Both the position numbers and the translations under genes were made by a program. From the NCBI GenBank assembly GCA_002269645.1, contig NIVC01002255.1, forward strand, positions 62,001 to 126,000: a DNA stretch of 64,000 bases, read 5' to 3'. The stretch is from Macrostomum lignano. Lineage: Eukaryota. The notes under the pieces are model-generated. The model did no database searches, was not told the DNA's origin, and worked only from the letters and a program-made list of their open reading frames with translations. Of this stretch, positions 27,595 to 58,563 are shown piece after piece (within the stretch, counting starts at the first letter, position 1; each line of letters begins with the position of its first letter).

Positions 27595-27683
27595 TCTACT
27601 ACTGCTACTACTACTACTCATACTACTACTAGCTCGTACTACTACTACTGATACTACTACTACTACTGCTACTACTACTACTG

Positions 27684-27745
<62 letters not shown>

Positions 27746-27785
27746 GCTACTACTACTACTACTACTGCTACTACTACTACTGCTG

Positions 27786-27862
<77 letters not shown>

Positions 27863-27879
27863 GCTACTACTACTACTGA

Positions 27880-27937
<58 letters not shown>

Positions 27938-28030
27938 GCTACTACTACTACTACTGCTACTAGTACTAGCTCGTACTACTACTACTGCTAATTCTACTAC
28001 TGCTACTAGTATTACTACTACTACTACAAC
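27410..28030. repeat. (CTA)n / (CTG) microsatellite
   Basis: Direct reading of the sequence. Confidence 0.97.
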
Positions 28031-31000
28031 TTAACTAGCTAATTTTAGGAATAGTAATAACAATCGAAAGAGACACCAAAAATAATTATTAATAAATAAT
28101 ACAGAACCAACATATTTCGAAACCGCAATTATACAAAACAAATTGCGATCTTGGTTTAATAATCAGGCATGCCAAACCTATTTGACTTTAGAATTTCACT
28201 TTCTTACTATGACTTAAGCAGGTTTCGAGGTGCCCTGTGCAATACGACTCCAATTTAAACAGTGGCCCAAAGTCGCAAAGTTTTGGGGAATATTATGATG
28301 ATTGGATTTGAAAGTCTGTAAGCATGTTGCTTGCGCTGAAACGAAAGCTTTGAGAGTGGCGCTGCCTGTGGAGTCAAAATGAGTGTCAATGAGTGAAAAT
28401 AACTTAGGAGTTTAGTCATGTAGAGTTCTTGGCTTTGTCCTCCCCACCATAAAATCCATGGCAACCGGCCCCTGTTTCCAATGCTGCTTTTGTTTCTTGT
28501 CCAAAGTTACCCTCGAGTAAACGCCTCCCACGGCACTGATGGTCCCCATCTGTCGTTTTTCTCTCTGAATTTAGCCCCCCCCCCCAGCTCAACTTGGGAA
28601 ACTGCAGGCAGCAGCTCAAAATCCTTTAACAAAGGCTCCACTTAAGAATAGATTTGCTTCTTTCAGCTGTTGGGGGTGAGTCTCCAGCCGGCATGCATGG
28701 TTTCTCAATCGAACTCCACTCTGCTAGTATAATGCGGTTCCAGTCCAAGGAACAACAATGGACAGCCCAAGTGTGTATGTGTGGTAAAAATTTTCTACCA
28801 TTTTTCCAAAAGTGAAGATCCAGTTTCTTTTAGAGGATCGACAATTTCTGTGAGTGAAGGATTCCTCTCTCCTTACAAGCTTATGCAGTCCCACTTTAAG
28901 CAGTTCGCGGATAGGTACCTAAATTGTTGTTGACACAGTTCCAGCAGGTAGTCTTATAGTGCCAGTCTTGTTTAAGTACGCGGTCACTCCTTGGATTGAA
29001 CGATTCAGTCAGGCTAATTCACTCTACTATTAGTAGGTTCCAGGAGAAATGTTAGTACGCTCGTAGTTAAGTTTATTACGGAGTTGTGAGTTTGTATAGG
29101 TGTAAAAAGCAGTTGAGCTTCTAAGGAAAGCAGACCTTTTTGGAGTTAAGATCTCTGCCTTTTGGTTTCCATCTGCTCACCTCGATCCATCTGCTGTCTC
29201 TCTCCTCTGGTAGTCTCCCTCTGCTATTTGTGTCTTGGCTCCCATCACTGACTGGGGTCAGGCGTCCCGGATTAGGAGTTCGGTTCCGAATCGGGGAAAA
29301 CCGGCTCTGGTGTGTCCTTTCGCTCTGGTGTGTCTGCTCCCTCTCCGGTCCCTTGGCGTGGGCAATTTGAGTTGGGAAGCGAAATAAGCCTTGTGGCTTG
29401 CAACCCTATTAGAGGTGTGAGGGCAAGCTTACTGATAGGAGTTTCGCCCTGCAGGGGGAAATAAGCTGCTCAAACTCGTTCCAATCTGAAAGCCTTTGAT
29501 CCGTAGACTCGGGGCCGCCCTGGGTGCCTTGTTATAGGTAAAAACAATGCCCGGGGTATTTCCGAAGTCCCGCTCTCGGACCTGCTTTCTAAAAACTTTC
29601 CAAAAATTTCCTTTCTAATTCTATTTTTTTTGCGCGCACACTCAGGTTATGCCGTTGGGATGGTGGCCTGGGGACAGTCTTAGAACGCGTCTACCTGATT
29701 CCACTGGTTGGGTTCTCTTTGTCCTCCTCAATTTGTTGAGCCCTGCAGTTGCTAGGGTCAGACTCCTAGCTCAAATCCTGGTGACCCTGTTAGGCTTTCT
29801 TTTTCACCGGGGTCTTAATTTACAAGATCAGGCGCATGTAAATGCGTGGGGCAGAAGGACACCATTAAGCGAGAATGGGACTGACTCAGAGTGCTTGGGA
29901 GGGGCAGATAAGATGCAATCATGCAGTCTAAGAATGAATCGACAATAGAATGTCGTTAAATGTACCCGTACAAGCGTACATGCCATGAATATCAGTGTAC
30001 GAGCTAATAGCCTGCAACGGAATGTGTTGCGCAAATTATAAGAAACCTTTTATTTTCAGATAAGTTGGAATATATTTCTTGTCTAAGTCCTACGTTTCGG
30101 AAAAAAATTCACTCGGTGGCCAAAGTAACGCTAAATGAAGTGTTTTTTTTACGTTTTTAGCGACGAGCATGAATTGAGCTGCCGGAACATTCCAGTACAA
30201 AAGAGAGAGATAATCTGCAGAAGAGGTGGAGTTAGCGGGTCTACCGCATCATCAAATGTCTCAGCAAAAATAGCTGGTTCTCATCAGCTGGCTGGTTTCT
30301 AAAAATGTGAAAACGGAAGGCATCTCAATCAAAGCCTCGGAAGAAGGCTGTGACTCATCAGGCTTCATTCAGCGGATCGCCAGTTTTTGATTTATCGAAT
30401 TAGATTGGTGAATGGAATTACAAACTGCTTTTTGGTTGGCAATAGTAGCCTTAATTTTAGATATTTTGGAGTGTTTAAAAAAGCCGACATTGTTATTGAA
30501 ATATACAGTTAAATAGCATGTCGCAGATGTTTGCCATTGATAAGGTAGCAAAAAGTGATTTTCTACTTTGCGAAAAGTGATCTCGAAATTTTTTGCTATT
30601 TCTAGCCCCGGATATCAGTCGCCGGATGTCCTAAAGCAAACCTCTGTCTCCGCAGGCTGACACCTCTCTTTCAACCTACAGTCGGATGTCCTTAGACAAC
30701 TTCCCCTTCTTGTGATCTCCGGGCCGGATAGCAGAGTCAGTGCCGTAGGATGTCCGGAAGAGACATCTCAAAGTGCCCGGACAATGCAAAGCAGCTCAAG
30801 ATATCCGGGAAGGAGAAAACACAGCAGGTTTTTTGCTTGGCAGTATCCGGGCGGATATTGTAAGTGCGTTTGGATATCCGGGCCAGACAAAAACCCCGGA
30901 TAGTATAAAGTGTAACACCGGGTCAAGTACCTCTGGTGGAATAACCATAAATACCTTGCGGCAGAGCCCTTTCCTGTGCTGATCCGCGCTAGCTAGGCAT

Positions 31001-32011
31001 AGCTTGGCATCCCCGTTTAACAACAACAGACCTTTATTACAACTTTTAGAAATTTCGAGGTAAGAGCGGAAATAAATTTAGAAAATTGAAACTGCTCAAA
31101 GATTTGTCTCGTCTTTCACAGGATATTGGTACACCCGTGAATAATTATTTAAAAAAATTCTTTTAATAGCTTCACAGAAACTTGACAGTGACCCAACAGC
31201 CTTATAGGTTGTTTTTGAATAAATAAATAAATAAAACAAAAGCGCAAAGCGCTTCATTTGAGGATGCCGGATTTTGCGCGAATTTGTTTATTAACTTCGC
31301 GACTGAAAGTTTAAGCGTCTTTTATATTTCAGTGGCTTAAAACATTTTGCTTTGATATCAAGATAAAGATGTTTTCATCAGTTCAGTGGCTTGACATTAT
31401 TACGAAAGCAGGTCGATTTTCAGTTAACATCGAAAGGGACTTTCTGCAGAACAAGCAGCGGGTCAACTCTCAAACAACTTGACAACAAATTTTACGACAT
31501 CAATAAATCCAATAGCTTTTGTTTTTAATGACTTTTGTATTTTTTTTAATGTGGATATTTTAACTATTGGTATCCATTTAAAAGTTTTTTTTAAGTTTGA
31601 ATAACTGTTAATTAATTAAAATGGTTTACATAATTTCAATGGTTATAAATTAATTAATTATTTTACTCGCCATCTTATATTGATTAACAATATGTAATTT
31701 TGTAGTCTAATTCACAAATAGCTCTCAAACACGGGCAACTGTACAACATCGAACAAAATATAATACGCTTTAATAATTATTTATTGATCCAGTTTGATAA
31801 AGCGAGATCTAGTTGAGGAAAAAGTTCCCAATCTCAGTTTGGTCTTATGAATAATTTTTTCCTGTATCACAGTTAATTAGGTTAAGAAGACGAATAAACA
31901 GAAGCCAATTTTCGGCAGACGACAACATTTAACCACTCTTCTTAACATTAACACAAGTTCCGTTTGTCCATTTTTCGTTAATCCGTTTCCGAGATTAGCC
32001 AGTTGTTGTTG

Positions 32012-49081
<17,070 letters not shown>

Positions 49082-49580
49082 TTTTGAAACGGAATCTTGC
49101 TGCTACTAAAACAGCAGCATTATTATGCCAAAGCCAGCAATTTTTTAATTCTTATAATTTCCTAAAAGTTAGAAAGAAGCCGCACCGCAAAAAGCAAAAG
49201 TCGGAACGGTTGGAGTATTTAATATTCAAATAAAGATATCAGCGATAACTGGAAATGCCAAAAAACAAGTAGGTTTTAAATTAAGTATATCTTTTATATA
49301 TTTCTAACATTTTTTAATTAAAAACACAGATAAAGCACTAAGTAATGAAAAAATATTTATCGTTTGTTTATATGTGTAACAATCGAAGAAAATAGCAGGA
49401 GTTTAACTTTCTGTCATGATGATTTTTTATTAGTTAATCAATTTATTTAATACACACTCTATTCTATTTAATCTTCCAGAAAGTTTATATTTCGCAAAAA
49501 ATATCAACGTGCTTCAATTGACTTTGCATCCTAACTTAGGTTTCCTTTTACTGCTTTAGAGCTTCCTAAATCAGCTCGAC
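49082..49580. promoter_or_regulatory. Putative bidirectional promoter between PTPRN and NDUFS4
   Basis: Divergent start codons at 49081 (minus) and 49581 (plus, inferred NDUFS4 exon 1). Confidence 0.55.
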
Positions 49581-52500
49581 ATGGCCCACCGAGTTTCACT
49601 AGTTGCGAATTCTTCAAAGTATATTTCTTCGTTTCGTCTTGGTTTTAGGTAAGACAGAACTAGCCTAAGACGAATCGGGTTTGGAATTTTCAAAAAAAGT
49701 TTTATTACAATAAAATTTACTTCTTGTTTTAAAATGTATATTTTCTAGGCCTCTAAAACTAGACTTATTGTATAACTAGGCCTATTTTAACAGATTAAGA
49801 AGCCTATGCATTTTCATTGCATACCTTATTGAATTTATTAACATTAATTACGATTACCTATTTATTTTGATATACAAGTTCACATGACAATAAAATGCAA
49901 TATTTTTATCACTATTAGGTTCTAAAACATTTTTATCATTGTATATTGATGTCAGTGTTGGGCACCATTAATGAAAATCTTAACTTCCGTTAATAGCAAA
50001 AGCGTTAGTGTTAAAACAAAAAAATCTTAACTTTTTAACTCCTAATTTCATTAAGTTAACTGAAAGTTAACTGATAATCATTAATAAGCGTTAATCCGTT
50101 AATGTTAACACAGAAAATATGGAAATCTTGCACGTTTTTTTCCAAAACAGAACCCTTCATATTGCACGTCTGCTATTCCAACTTTTTAGCGAAACACAGA
50201 GGTCATCTAAGCAATTTGAAAGCTAAAAAAGTAATAAATAATCATTTTAAAAACTTGCATGCATAATACTACTAAAAGTAAAGCATATGATGATATGGTA
50301 AAAAAGTAACTTATTTTATTTGAAACTTAAAAGCTAATAATGAGAAATTCATAATTAAATATGCATAGGAAGGTTGTTTCAATACCATTAGCAGGCGCAG
50401 CAGAAAGTTGCCAAAGATTGGGACAGAAGTGAATCAAAGCGATCGATGCTCACGTGTAAGAAATAAAGTTTCACACTATTTTAACTCATTATTTTAAAGT
50501 TTATTTGTAAGAAGTTGTTAACTACATGTACGTCTATATGATCATCGTCATAAATAAAGAGATTATATTTAGGCATATAGGTAAGCTCAAATACATTCAT
50601 AATGTTTAAACTTCTTGTAAGACTTCTATTTTTCGTTCCTTCTTTGCCTCTTTGGTCATTGACATAGACACTACCGTTAACGATGAATTTATTGTTAATT
50701 CACAATTTTTTTAATGCAAATTTGTTAATCTGTTAGTTCAAAAAAATCTTAACGACAGTCCATTAACATTAATGAAAAATCTTAACGCTTATTAACACTT
50801 ATTAACGGATTAATGCTTATTAATGGACTGGTGCCCAACACTGATTGTTGTTCAAATTTTTGGTTTCATTTTTTAAAATAAATACAAACATTAAGTTAAA
50901 AATATTTGCTTTCTCTATCTTACCTTTATAATAGCTGGCTCTTTTTGTTTTTCAATCTTAAGCATAACTAATAGTCAATAACACAGTCAAATAATTAAAT
51001 TAATTAATATAGCATATATAATATATAGTAAGATTGACAAATAAGATGTTAATGAATTTTGTAATATCTAAAATGCCTTAATATAGCATAAGAATTATAG
51101 TGTGCTTGTGTAAGCATAGAAGTGCTATTTTCTTAGCCATATATTTAAGCATATATATATATTGATCTAATATACAATGAGCACAGTATGCACTATTGCA
51201 TAATAAGTGCAAAGATGCTAATACAATGCTGGGGCACACAGGGAAAAGCTAGAGCAAGAGCAAAGGAGAGAGATCAGACATCATAGTCCAGATCATGCTA
51301 GGTACATACCTAATCAAAAATTGAATAGCTATAAATGCATTCCAAAACATTTTTGAGTGCATGCCCACATTCAAAACTAGGGCAATGTTGCAACAATAAA
51401 TGACCTTTTTTGCATCTTGATAATAAATGACCTTTTTGAATTGTATAAAATATATTTTTGGCTAATAATTTGGTTGGTTGTTTATCTTTCTTGCTTATAC
51501 TATTTATAAAAAAATGATATATATAAACATTTGTTAAAATGCCTTAATTATAAGCTTAAAAACTAGAAAGCTTGAAATTTATGCTTAAAATTGAATTTGT
51601 TCAATCTTTTTTTCCACTTAACACTCAACCTTCCACGTGATTCTATAAAGTGCATGCTAGGCGTGCACATAGAATATTTTTCTTAGGAGTAACACATACC
51701 AACTATGCATGCTTAACTATTGGCATGCAAGGCCAATGCATGCCCACATTTTGGGCATATGCCCAAGGACATGATGTAGAGTATAGATCAGACAATACAC
51801 TATATCTCTCCTCAACCAAAAAAGTATAAGGCTTACAAGTCTGGAATTTGATAATTTTGCAAATTCAATTGAATAAAAATTGGAACAGTTGAGTCTATTA
51901 GCATTTGACATTTGTATATGCTTGTAATTTGCCTAATTAGTAGAACACAGCTGTGTTGCTGTGGCCTTGTTGCCATACAGCCAGTGGACTTCCCAAAGCC
52001 CATTGCACAGCTTTGGTCACTTGCTAATAGAATGCTAATTGAAAGTAGTGATGGGCTATCTGGTTACTAGCTTCCAGTTGCTCTCTGATGGCTGCTGAAT
52101 GTCTACCTCCCCTGCTGTCTGCCACTTGCTTTTGTCCAGCTAGGAGCCTCTTGCATGCGCCATTGCCCCAGATGTCCTGGTATAAGCATCTCTTTGACAG
52201 AGCTGCCTGCGCCTATTGAGCCAAGCAAGTCACTAGAATTTCTGCTGCAACTGGTCAATGGCCTTCCTCCTATTTAATTAACCCTGGTGGGCCCAACTGA
52301 TAGTCTGCTGCTGAGTTACTATGGGTAGACAATCCTGCTGTCCCGAGCAGCAAGCTGGATACATTTATTGGAAAAATAGACTAATCAAGATTTGAGCTAT
52401 TACAAATATATTTAGTGAATGTTTAAGCATCATTAGGCCTACTTGCATGTTTATAGTTATTGGGTAGATATTAATGGATAAGTATTAAATTAACTTTTTA

Positions 52501-53573
52501 TATATGCAACATACAAGTATATATACTTTAGCTCAGTAAACAGTTAAAAGAATATTATTAGATTTGGAGTTTTTTCTCCATAAAAAATTAATTGTGTTGC
52601 TTTATTTAATTGTACAAGTTCCTGTTACTGAATGAAACTATAGAGAGTGTTGCCAAGTCTAACAATTAAAGCACTGATTAAAACTATAAACAGGCTGTGC
52701 AGCACAGCTAGTGGAGGCGCTAAAAACTACACCAGCATAGACAAAGAAGATGTAGCTAAAGAGGCTGAGTACAAGCAGCATCAGGCGGATCGCAAGCTGA
52801 CAACTCCGCGTAATCTCACGGATGAAGAGAAATTCGCCTCGTCCAACATGCGCCTGATCAAATATCGGATCCGGGATGCGGAGGTTGACAAAGCCGCCCC
52901 TGGCTTAGTTGAACGGCGAGTCGAACCCGGGACCACAGTGACAGTGCCAGCTAAGGATGACGTCACGGCTTTGTCGGGTGTGCCTGAGGAGCATATTAAA
53001 ACTCGGCATGTTAGAATTTATTGCCCCACTAGGTGAGTAACAAAGGTGCTTCTTTTTCTTTAAACCACCCAAAAAATCGCCCCTAACCCACCCTCAAAAT
53101 CGCCCTGAACCACCTCGAAAATCGCCCCTAAACCACCCTTAAAATCGCCCCTAACCCACCCCAAAATCGCCCCTAAACCACCCTTAAAATCGCCCCTAAC
53201 CCACCCCAAAATTGCCCCTAACCCACCCCAAAAATCGCCCCTAAACAACCCTAAAGAATCGCCCCTAACCCACCACAAAACCGGTCTCGAACCCAGGTCC
53301 GTCACCCAGTCCGGTTCGCACGGCACCAAGAATTGGCGCATCGAATTCGACAACCGGGAACGCTGGGAGAACCCGCTAATGGGCTGGACCAGCTCAGCCG
53401 ATCCGTTATCCACAATGGCCATCAGCTTCGCCAGCTCCGAGGAGGCCGCAGAGTTCTGCAGCAAAAACGGCTGGGCCTATCATATTGAGGAGAGGCGGGT
53501 GCCGCCGCTTCGGCCGAAATCTTATGGAGCGAACTTCAGCTGGGACAAGCGGACTCGCAGATCTACTAAGTGA
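49581..53573 (+). CDS. NDUFS4: NADH dehydrogenase (ubiquinone) Fe-S protein 4 (exons 49581-49648 inferred, 52694-53032, 53297-53573)
   Basis: [54 protein letters not shown]...[18 protein letters not shown] is the NDUFS4 signature. Inferred exon 1 [22 protein letters not shown](R) has a GTAAGA donor, matching phase 2 and presequence-like composition. Confidence 0.9.
49953..50843. mobile_element. hAT-type MITE (891 bp) in NDUFS4 intron 1
   Basis: 14-bp TIR CAGTGTTGGGCACC...GGTGCCCAACACTG; 8-bp TSD attgatgt / attgttgt (7 of 8 match); subterminal ttaac/gttaa repeats. Confidence 0.88.
53060..53280. repeat. About 23-bp minisatellite in NDUFS4 intron 2
   Basis: Unit aaaatcgcccctaacccacccc(a). Confidence 0.9.
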
Positions 53574-54325
53574 AGAAAAACTGTCTATTATTCAACTGTT
53601 TACTGCTGATTTCGGAAGGAATGTGTAGCATCTAGCTTGAGTCTTGTAATAATAATAATAATAATAATAACAGAATTTTCTGTTTTTCCCCCTAGTTGCT
53701 TCAAAATCCTCGTTCAAATTACATAAACTTTGGAAAGTTTAATTTTTCAAAACCGACTTTACGAAAGGCTCTGCGAAGATGTTTTATTTGCGCACGTTTA
53801 AAATAAACAAAAGTTCAAGGTTTTAAATAAAGACTTGATAAATAGTCTATACATTTGAGCTCCTAAATCATTGCCAAATTCTGTATAATTTTTTTTTCTT
53901 GTACGTTGATAAATTTGGCTAGCAATATAGCTACTAATAGTAGGCTATTTCACAGAAAAAATAAATATTTCAAAGTATTACGAGCGTAAGAGTCGGTGGG
54001 ATTTCGATTTGGTCAGAAGTCGTTTATAATTGCTATCAGGGCTTCATTCGCAAACAATTAACGCTGCAAAGTTAAGCAAAGCTGGTTTTGGTTAGTCCAG
54101 CACAGAGTGTGTACATGTCTGACTGATTAGAAAGTCAGGGCCGCTGTACACCCTGTGTGAGCGTGTGTACGAGTGCGTAACTGAGTACAGTATTGACGCG
54201 CTTGTGTTGTGCTCAGGACTCAGCGAAGTGAGCAGACTTGCTTCAGCGCTGGTTGCTGCTGGGCGATGTCGCCGAAGGCGTTCGTCAAAGTGCTCGCAGC
54301 CCTCTTCAGAATATTATATCAAATA

Positions 54326-54721
54326 TTACTCAATCAAACCAGTTATCCACTGAGTGGAGCAGGCGCGTCGCCACCGGGGGGACATGGCAATGCTTTGTCC
54401 ACGACGACGACAGAGCACGACGCGGTCTTCTGCGTGTTGACCACCAGGCTTTGGTTCAGGGACATATTGTTCAGGGTCAAATGTACACGAACGAAAATTT
54501 ACAGGGTACGGCAATTCAAACAGTTCAGGATCCGGATAGTGGCCAAACCAGTCTACGCGAATCTTCTTCGATTCTTGAAAGAACTCTTGCCTCAATAGGT
54601 TTTTCACAAGTGTGGTCTTGCCGCTTTGAGCCACCCCAGCAAAAATTGCCGACGTGTTGGGGGAAAATTTTAAAGAGTCGGGGTCTATTGTTTGATACAT
54701 TTTGATAGGCCGCCCAATCAT
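54326..54721 (-). pseudogene. Polinton/Maverick A32-like packaging ATPase, copy 1 (frameshifted)
   Basis: SAIFAGVAQSGKTTLVKNLL Walker A; a hydrophobic VVVVD stretch lies in a shifted frame; adjacent to capsid genes. Confidence 0.75.
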
Positions 54722-54799
54722 GCATATATTTATGGATGATGCTGCTTTATTTGTAGACAGTGATTCTGCACCATCAAGTCGTTCTCATAAAGATTTTTG

Positions 54800-55170
54800 C
54801 TATAAAACAATCACGCAATATTTTTTTAATAGACAGACCCTCCAAAAAGTGTTTTTCAGCCACAAATATTACATGAGCCCCGCAGGTCACACTTAGCGGA
54901 TGTTATACAGGATGCCGGTTCATTGCCACCTCCACAGGGACATACTTTGCGATCCACAACTTTAATAAATCTGGCACAGAATCGATACACAAGGGGTCAA
55001 AAAATGTCACGCTCTCATCGGCATGAAGACAAATTAAAGCCCGGTAGATTGCCAGTGTCAAAGTTAATCACGTATGCAGCAGGATAAACAGGCTGCGGAA
55101 TCCTGTCAACCGGTATAACTCTAACAGGGACAGGTAGTATTAAACGGTCTAATATATCTAGACTATTCAT
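54800..55170 (-). pseudogene. Polinton adenain-like cysteine protease, copy 1 (not in the ORF track)
   Basis: Hand translation: YPAAYVINFDTGNLPG / frameshift / TFFDPL ... NRHPV*HPLSVTCGAHVIF. The His-Trp segment is missing and the oxyanion Gln position is a TAA stop. Confidence 0.72.
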
Positions 55171-55221
55171 ATCGGCATGAATATAGCCGTTATTATAGAG
55201 AATAAAAAAAGATGTTTGTTT

Positions 55222-56539
55222 CTACACGTAGTCTAGAATAACCTGACGACCGCGAGTGATTTGCACAGTATTGCCAAAGTAGCCAAACACCAACACGTTG
55301 ATTCCTACGGTCAAGGCAGCAGAAAACTTTATTTGTAGCGTCAGATTCCCTCGCTCGCGAGGCATGCTATGCCCACCCAGCTCCATGTCGGGCATGAGAT
55401 TCCAGGCGAAGAAGCAGTAGCCAGCTCCATAGTCGGAATATGATATGTCAATATCCAGGTCCCGATTCATCTTTCCTAGGCTTTTTAGTAGCATGGCATA
55501 CTCGCGAGCATAGTTATTAACACCGAATCGAGGAGTAAACGGTTGTCAACACAGGCTGACCCAGTCCTTATACAGAGCCACACTGTCGGCTCCAATGGTT
55601 CAAAATTAAACGGGTTATGTTTAGCCACACCATAGTAAGCACCGCTGTTCACCATACCAACAACCACAAGTTTAGGCTTTTGCTCAGGAAATATATTGTT
55701 GATTGACACGTCTCGAACACCGCCGGCCACTGAAGTATTGTGCACAACAAGCCGCTCAATTGGATAGACTGCATTCTGTTTGCCTAGTTGTTCTTCAATC
55801 TCCAAAGCCAATTGGGGGTTTGCCTTGACGCGGCGCACATGTAGCTTGGCACTGCTTGGAACTGCGAGTACCAGCCGCGCCTCAACCCCGTTGGCATGGT
55901 TTTCCAGAACGAAGCCGGAATTGTGCATAGTTAGCGTAATTATCATATCCGTGTATGGCAGCAGCGTTCGGTCGGATCGTTGGTGACATAAAAGTCTAAA
56001 CTAAGAGGTCCATAAAGGTGAAATGTGCGTGAGTCTGCCGCCATCGCCTTGCGAGCTACAAAGCCAGGATTTCCAACCACGGCAATTTGGCCTCCAGCGT
56101 CCTTTGCGTAGCCCATCATTCTCAGTTGGTTGGTTTTTGAATCGTGACCGTAATTCAGGCACGTGCGAATATAGGCCTTGTAAGCGTGATTGTTATTGCT
56201 CGACTCTACGTGGGTCCCGTTGATGGTCAACGTAACATTTTTAAACGAGGACGCAATTGACGTAATTTTTTAAGGACGTAATTGACCGGCGCAACATTCG
56301 AATCAGCAGCAAGATTTGTGCCATTAGATTGCCCAACGCGGGCCTTAATCTCGAGGTCAATGTCGTTAAGATCGATAAGCGTCTCACCGCCAACAATCCT
56401 AAATTCGACCACGCTGGCATTTTCAACACTGCATGGCAACAGGGTGAACTTCTTCAGTGGTAGCGCTAATTGCAGCAATTTGGTGCGCACGAGGAGCAAA
56501 TAGCTCGAATTCCGACTTTTTACACAGACACTCAGTCAT
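55222..56539 (-). pseudogene. Polinton double-jelly-roll major capsid protein, copy 1 (several frameshifts)
   Basis: KS-EFELFAP, VVEFRIVGGETLIDLNDIDLEIK, VAPVNY, LTINGTHVESSNNNHAYKAYIRTCLNYGHDSK, YPIERL, KPKLVVVGMVNSGAYYG..HNPFNF, ISYSDYGAGYCFFAWNL..D, GNLTLQIKF; motif order of the Maverick MCP. Confidence 0.88.
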
Positions 56540-56579
56540 TTTTTTAACAGCGGCTTAGTGTGGTGCTCTAATAGTCAGA

Positions 56580-56915
56580 TCATAATATCAGAATGCTGCA
56601 GTCTTTTTCTCGTTTTTTGTTAGTCTTCTTTCTACGCCTCTGACCACCGCCGCTACCTCGTTGTGCGACTGTGTCTTTGAAAGCATCTTTAGCTGCCTGG
56701 ACAGAGTTGCGCAATGCTGCTTCTTTCAAGTTCCCGTCTTGATCGAGTGTGTCGCTAACTGTTGTAGTTAGGGCTCGTGTTCCGTGGCAAAGAATATTTT
56801 TGCCAAAACTCTTTAAAATTGGCAGGGCAAATCGGGCAATGCTGCCAAACAGGCCGTTGCCGCGCTGTGCACCGGAAAATACCGGTAAAGCTTCTCCGAT
56901 CAAGATTGAAGGCAT
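56580..56915 (-). CDS. Polinton small basic core-like protein (adenovirus pVII/pX-like)
   Basis: PVFSGAQRGNGLFGSIARFALPILK...QRGSGGGQRRRKK; QRGxG motifs resembling protease cleavage sites; lies just upstream of the MCP. Confidence 0.72.
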   Translation of the reverse strand: MPSILIGEALPVFSGAQRGNGLFGSIARFALPILKSFGKNILCHGTRALTTTVSDTLDQDGNLKEAALRNSVQAAKDAFKDTVAQRGSGGGQRRRKKTNKKREKDCSILIL

Positions 56916-56959
56916 ATTGATAATTAGCTGCTGACTTTTTATTCGTGAAAGTTCTTTAT

Positions 56960-58112
56960 TTATAGCATAATTTCACGAATGTTGATCGATAAAACAGTTT
57001 TGCCTCGAAGAATCCGATCCATTAACTTGCCCATATCGTCACAGATTTGCACCTCAATGGTTTTGAATGGGTGTTTCACCAACGGTAAGTACAGGATGGA
57101 TTGACAAACTCGTAATACTCTCGTTCACCGTGTACCTTTTCATTCAAAGGAATTGCCCCAAGCAGTGTGACTTTGACGTCTCCAACAATGGCAGAGTCGA
57201 CAATACTTGAATAGATGTACATAGTTTGTATACCATTTGTTAAATCGATTGGTCGTTTAGCTGTCTTTGGAGTTTCATTAAAAACCTTCACGAAAGCCGA
57301 GAATGGCAGCAAGCTCTCCAATATCGAATAAAATGTTTTCAATGGGTTTGTACTCACACCGGTTCAGAAAAGGGTTGTAGCGGAATGCATCCACTCTCGT
57401 CGCTGGACTTATTGGGAGCTTTGAAACGACGCTCCAGAGCGCTCCATTAACATAATTTAAGAGCTCATCAGGCGTGCAGTAGAATCCTTTAGCAATCCGC
57501 AGTGACGTTCTAGAAGGCCAGACACTCTTTTCAACCGTAAGAGTCATGGGACTCTCTATGGAGGCTTCCAATTCTATAGCGAATACTAATTAACGAATTT
57601 CTTGGGTTTACTAAAAAACTTGTTACTTCGATATTTGATTTATTTCCAGCGTCATCAACCTTTTTAAACATGCTACGCACATTACTGGACAGCCTAATTT
57701 TCACACCATACCATGATTTATTCACAATCGAAATTTGACCTTCCTGTGAACGCTCTATGCAAATCATTGCATTATCGTCTTGCGCATATTTTAGAGCGGC
57801 GATGATTGCATCAACCACTTCGTTAGCTGTGGATAGGCCCGCGGGGAGACAAACCGACGCAAACTGCTTATACGTGGAGGCGGGTTTTTCTTTAACCTTG
57901 ATGTCAATCACTTCATCCTCGGGAGCGTTGGTCAGGACATCAACAATTCGATTATCGGGGACGGTTTTGAATTCTTTACAAAAGTAGATCCGTTCGATGC
58001 AGACTACATGATTTGGAAAGTGGAGGGTGTTGGGCAAATTAATGCTATAATGAGCCGAATTATTCTCAAGATAGTGCTCAACGCACGCATTGCTAGGTAG
58101 GAATAGATGCAT
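56960..58112 (-). pseudogene. Polinton minor capsid (penton-like) protein, frameshifted
   Basis: N-terminus MHLFLPSNACVEHYLENNSAHYSINLPNTLHF; C-terminus MYIYSSIVDSAIVGDVKVTLL...YLPLVKHPFKTIEVQICDDMGK...GKTVLSINIR. Confidence 0.8.
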
Positions 58113-58563
58113 TGTAATATACACACGTTTCGGTTGTGTGTGTGTGTGTGTGTATGCTTATCCTTGTCTTGTATTTATAACTTCCTCAGCTGGTACAAAT
58201 GCATTGAACGACTCGGGATAGCCGCGCCAACTAACGAAATGATGAGCGACGCCATTGATGACAACATTGCGTCTGTTGTCATCTGTCTGTGTATTGGCTA
58301 TCTTATACCGATTTGAACTGTACTGCTTTGTGCGTTTGGCTGCTCAATTCTAGCTTACCATTTTAGACCCTCCCCCTCCACTGAGCTGATCAATTTCTAT
58401 TTATACGAACAGTACTTCTTCGCAATGTACATCGTTCGTCCTAACTACATGTACTCAGTTCTATAATACAACATAAAGGACCAACGCGTCAGTCAAGAAA
58501 CGCTGTTTACAACTTGCGGCTCAAGCCAATTCAATCGCTTCGTCCTGATCTCAATCCATCACA
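58113..58563 (+). mobile_element. Putative 5' LTR of the Gypsy element
   Basis: TGTAAT...ATCACA termini, immediately followed by a PBS-like TGGCGTCGAGG and gag; no second LTR in the window to confirm it. Confidence 0.6.

Noticed and set aside
28940-28956. 15-bp identity (gttccagcaggtagt) with the 273-bp unit
   Set aside because: No extension on either side; compatible with chance
28630-30060. LTR-like or degraded retroelement sequence between the lectin and PTPRN
   Set aside because: No recognisable protein motif, termini or TSD; left unannotated
52647-52693. NDUFS4 N-terminus [12 protein letters not shown] from the ORF track
   Set aside because: GTG start with an in-frame stop just upstream; better explained as intron sequence before the acceptor at 52693
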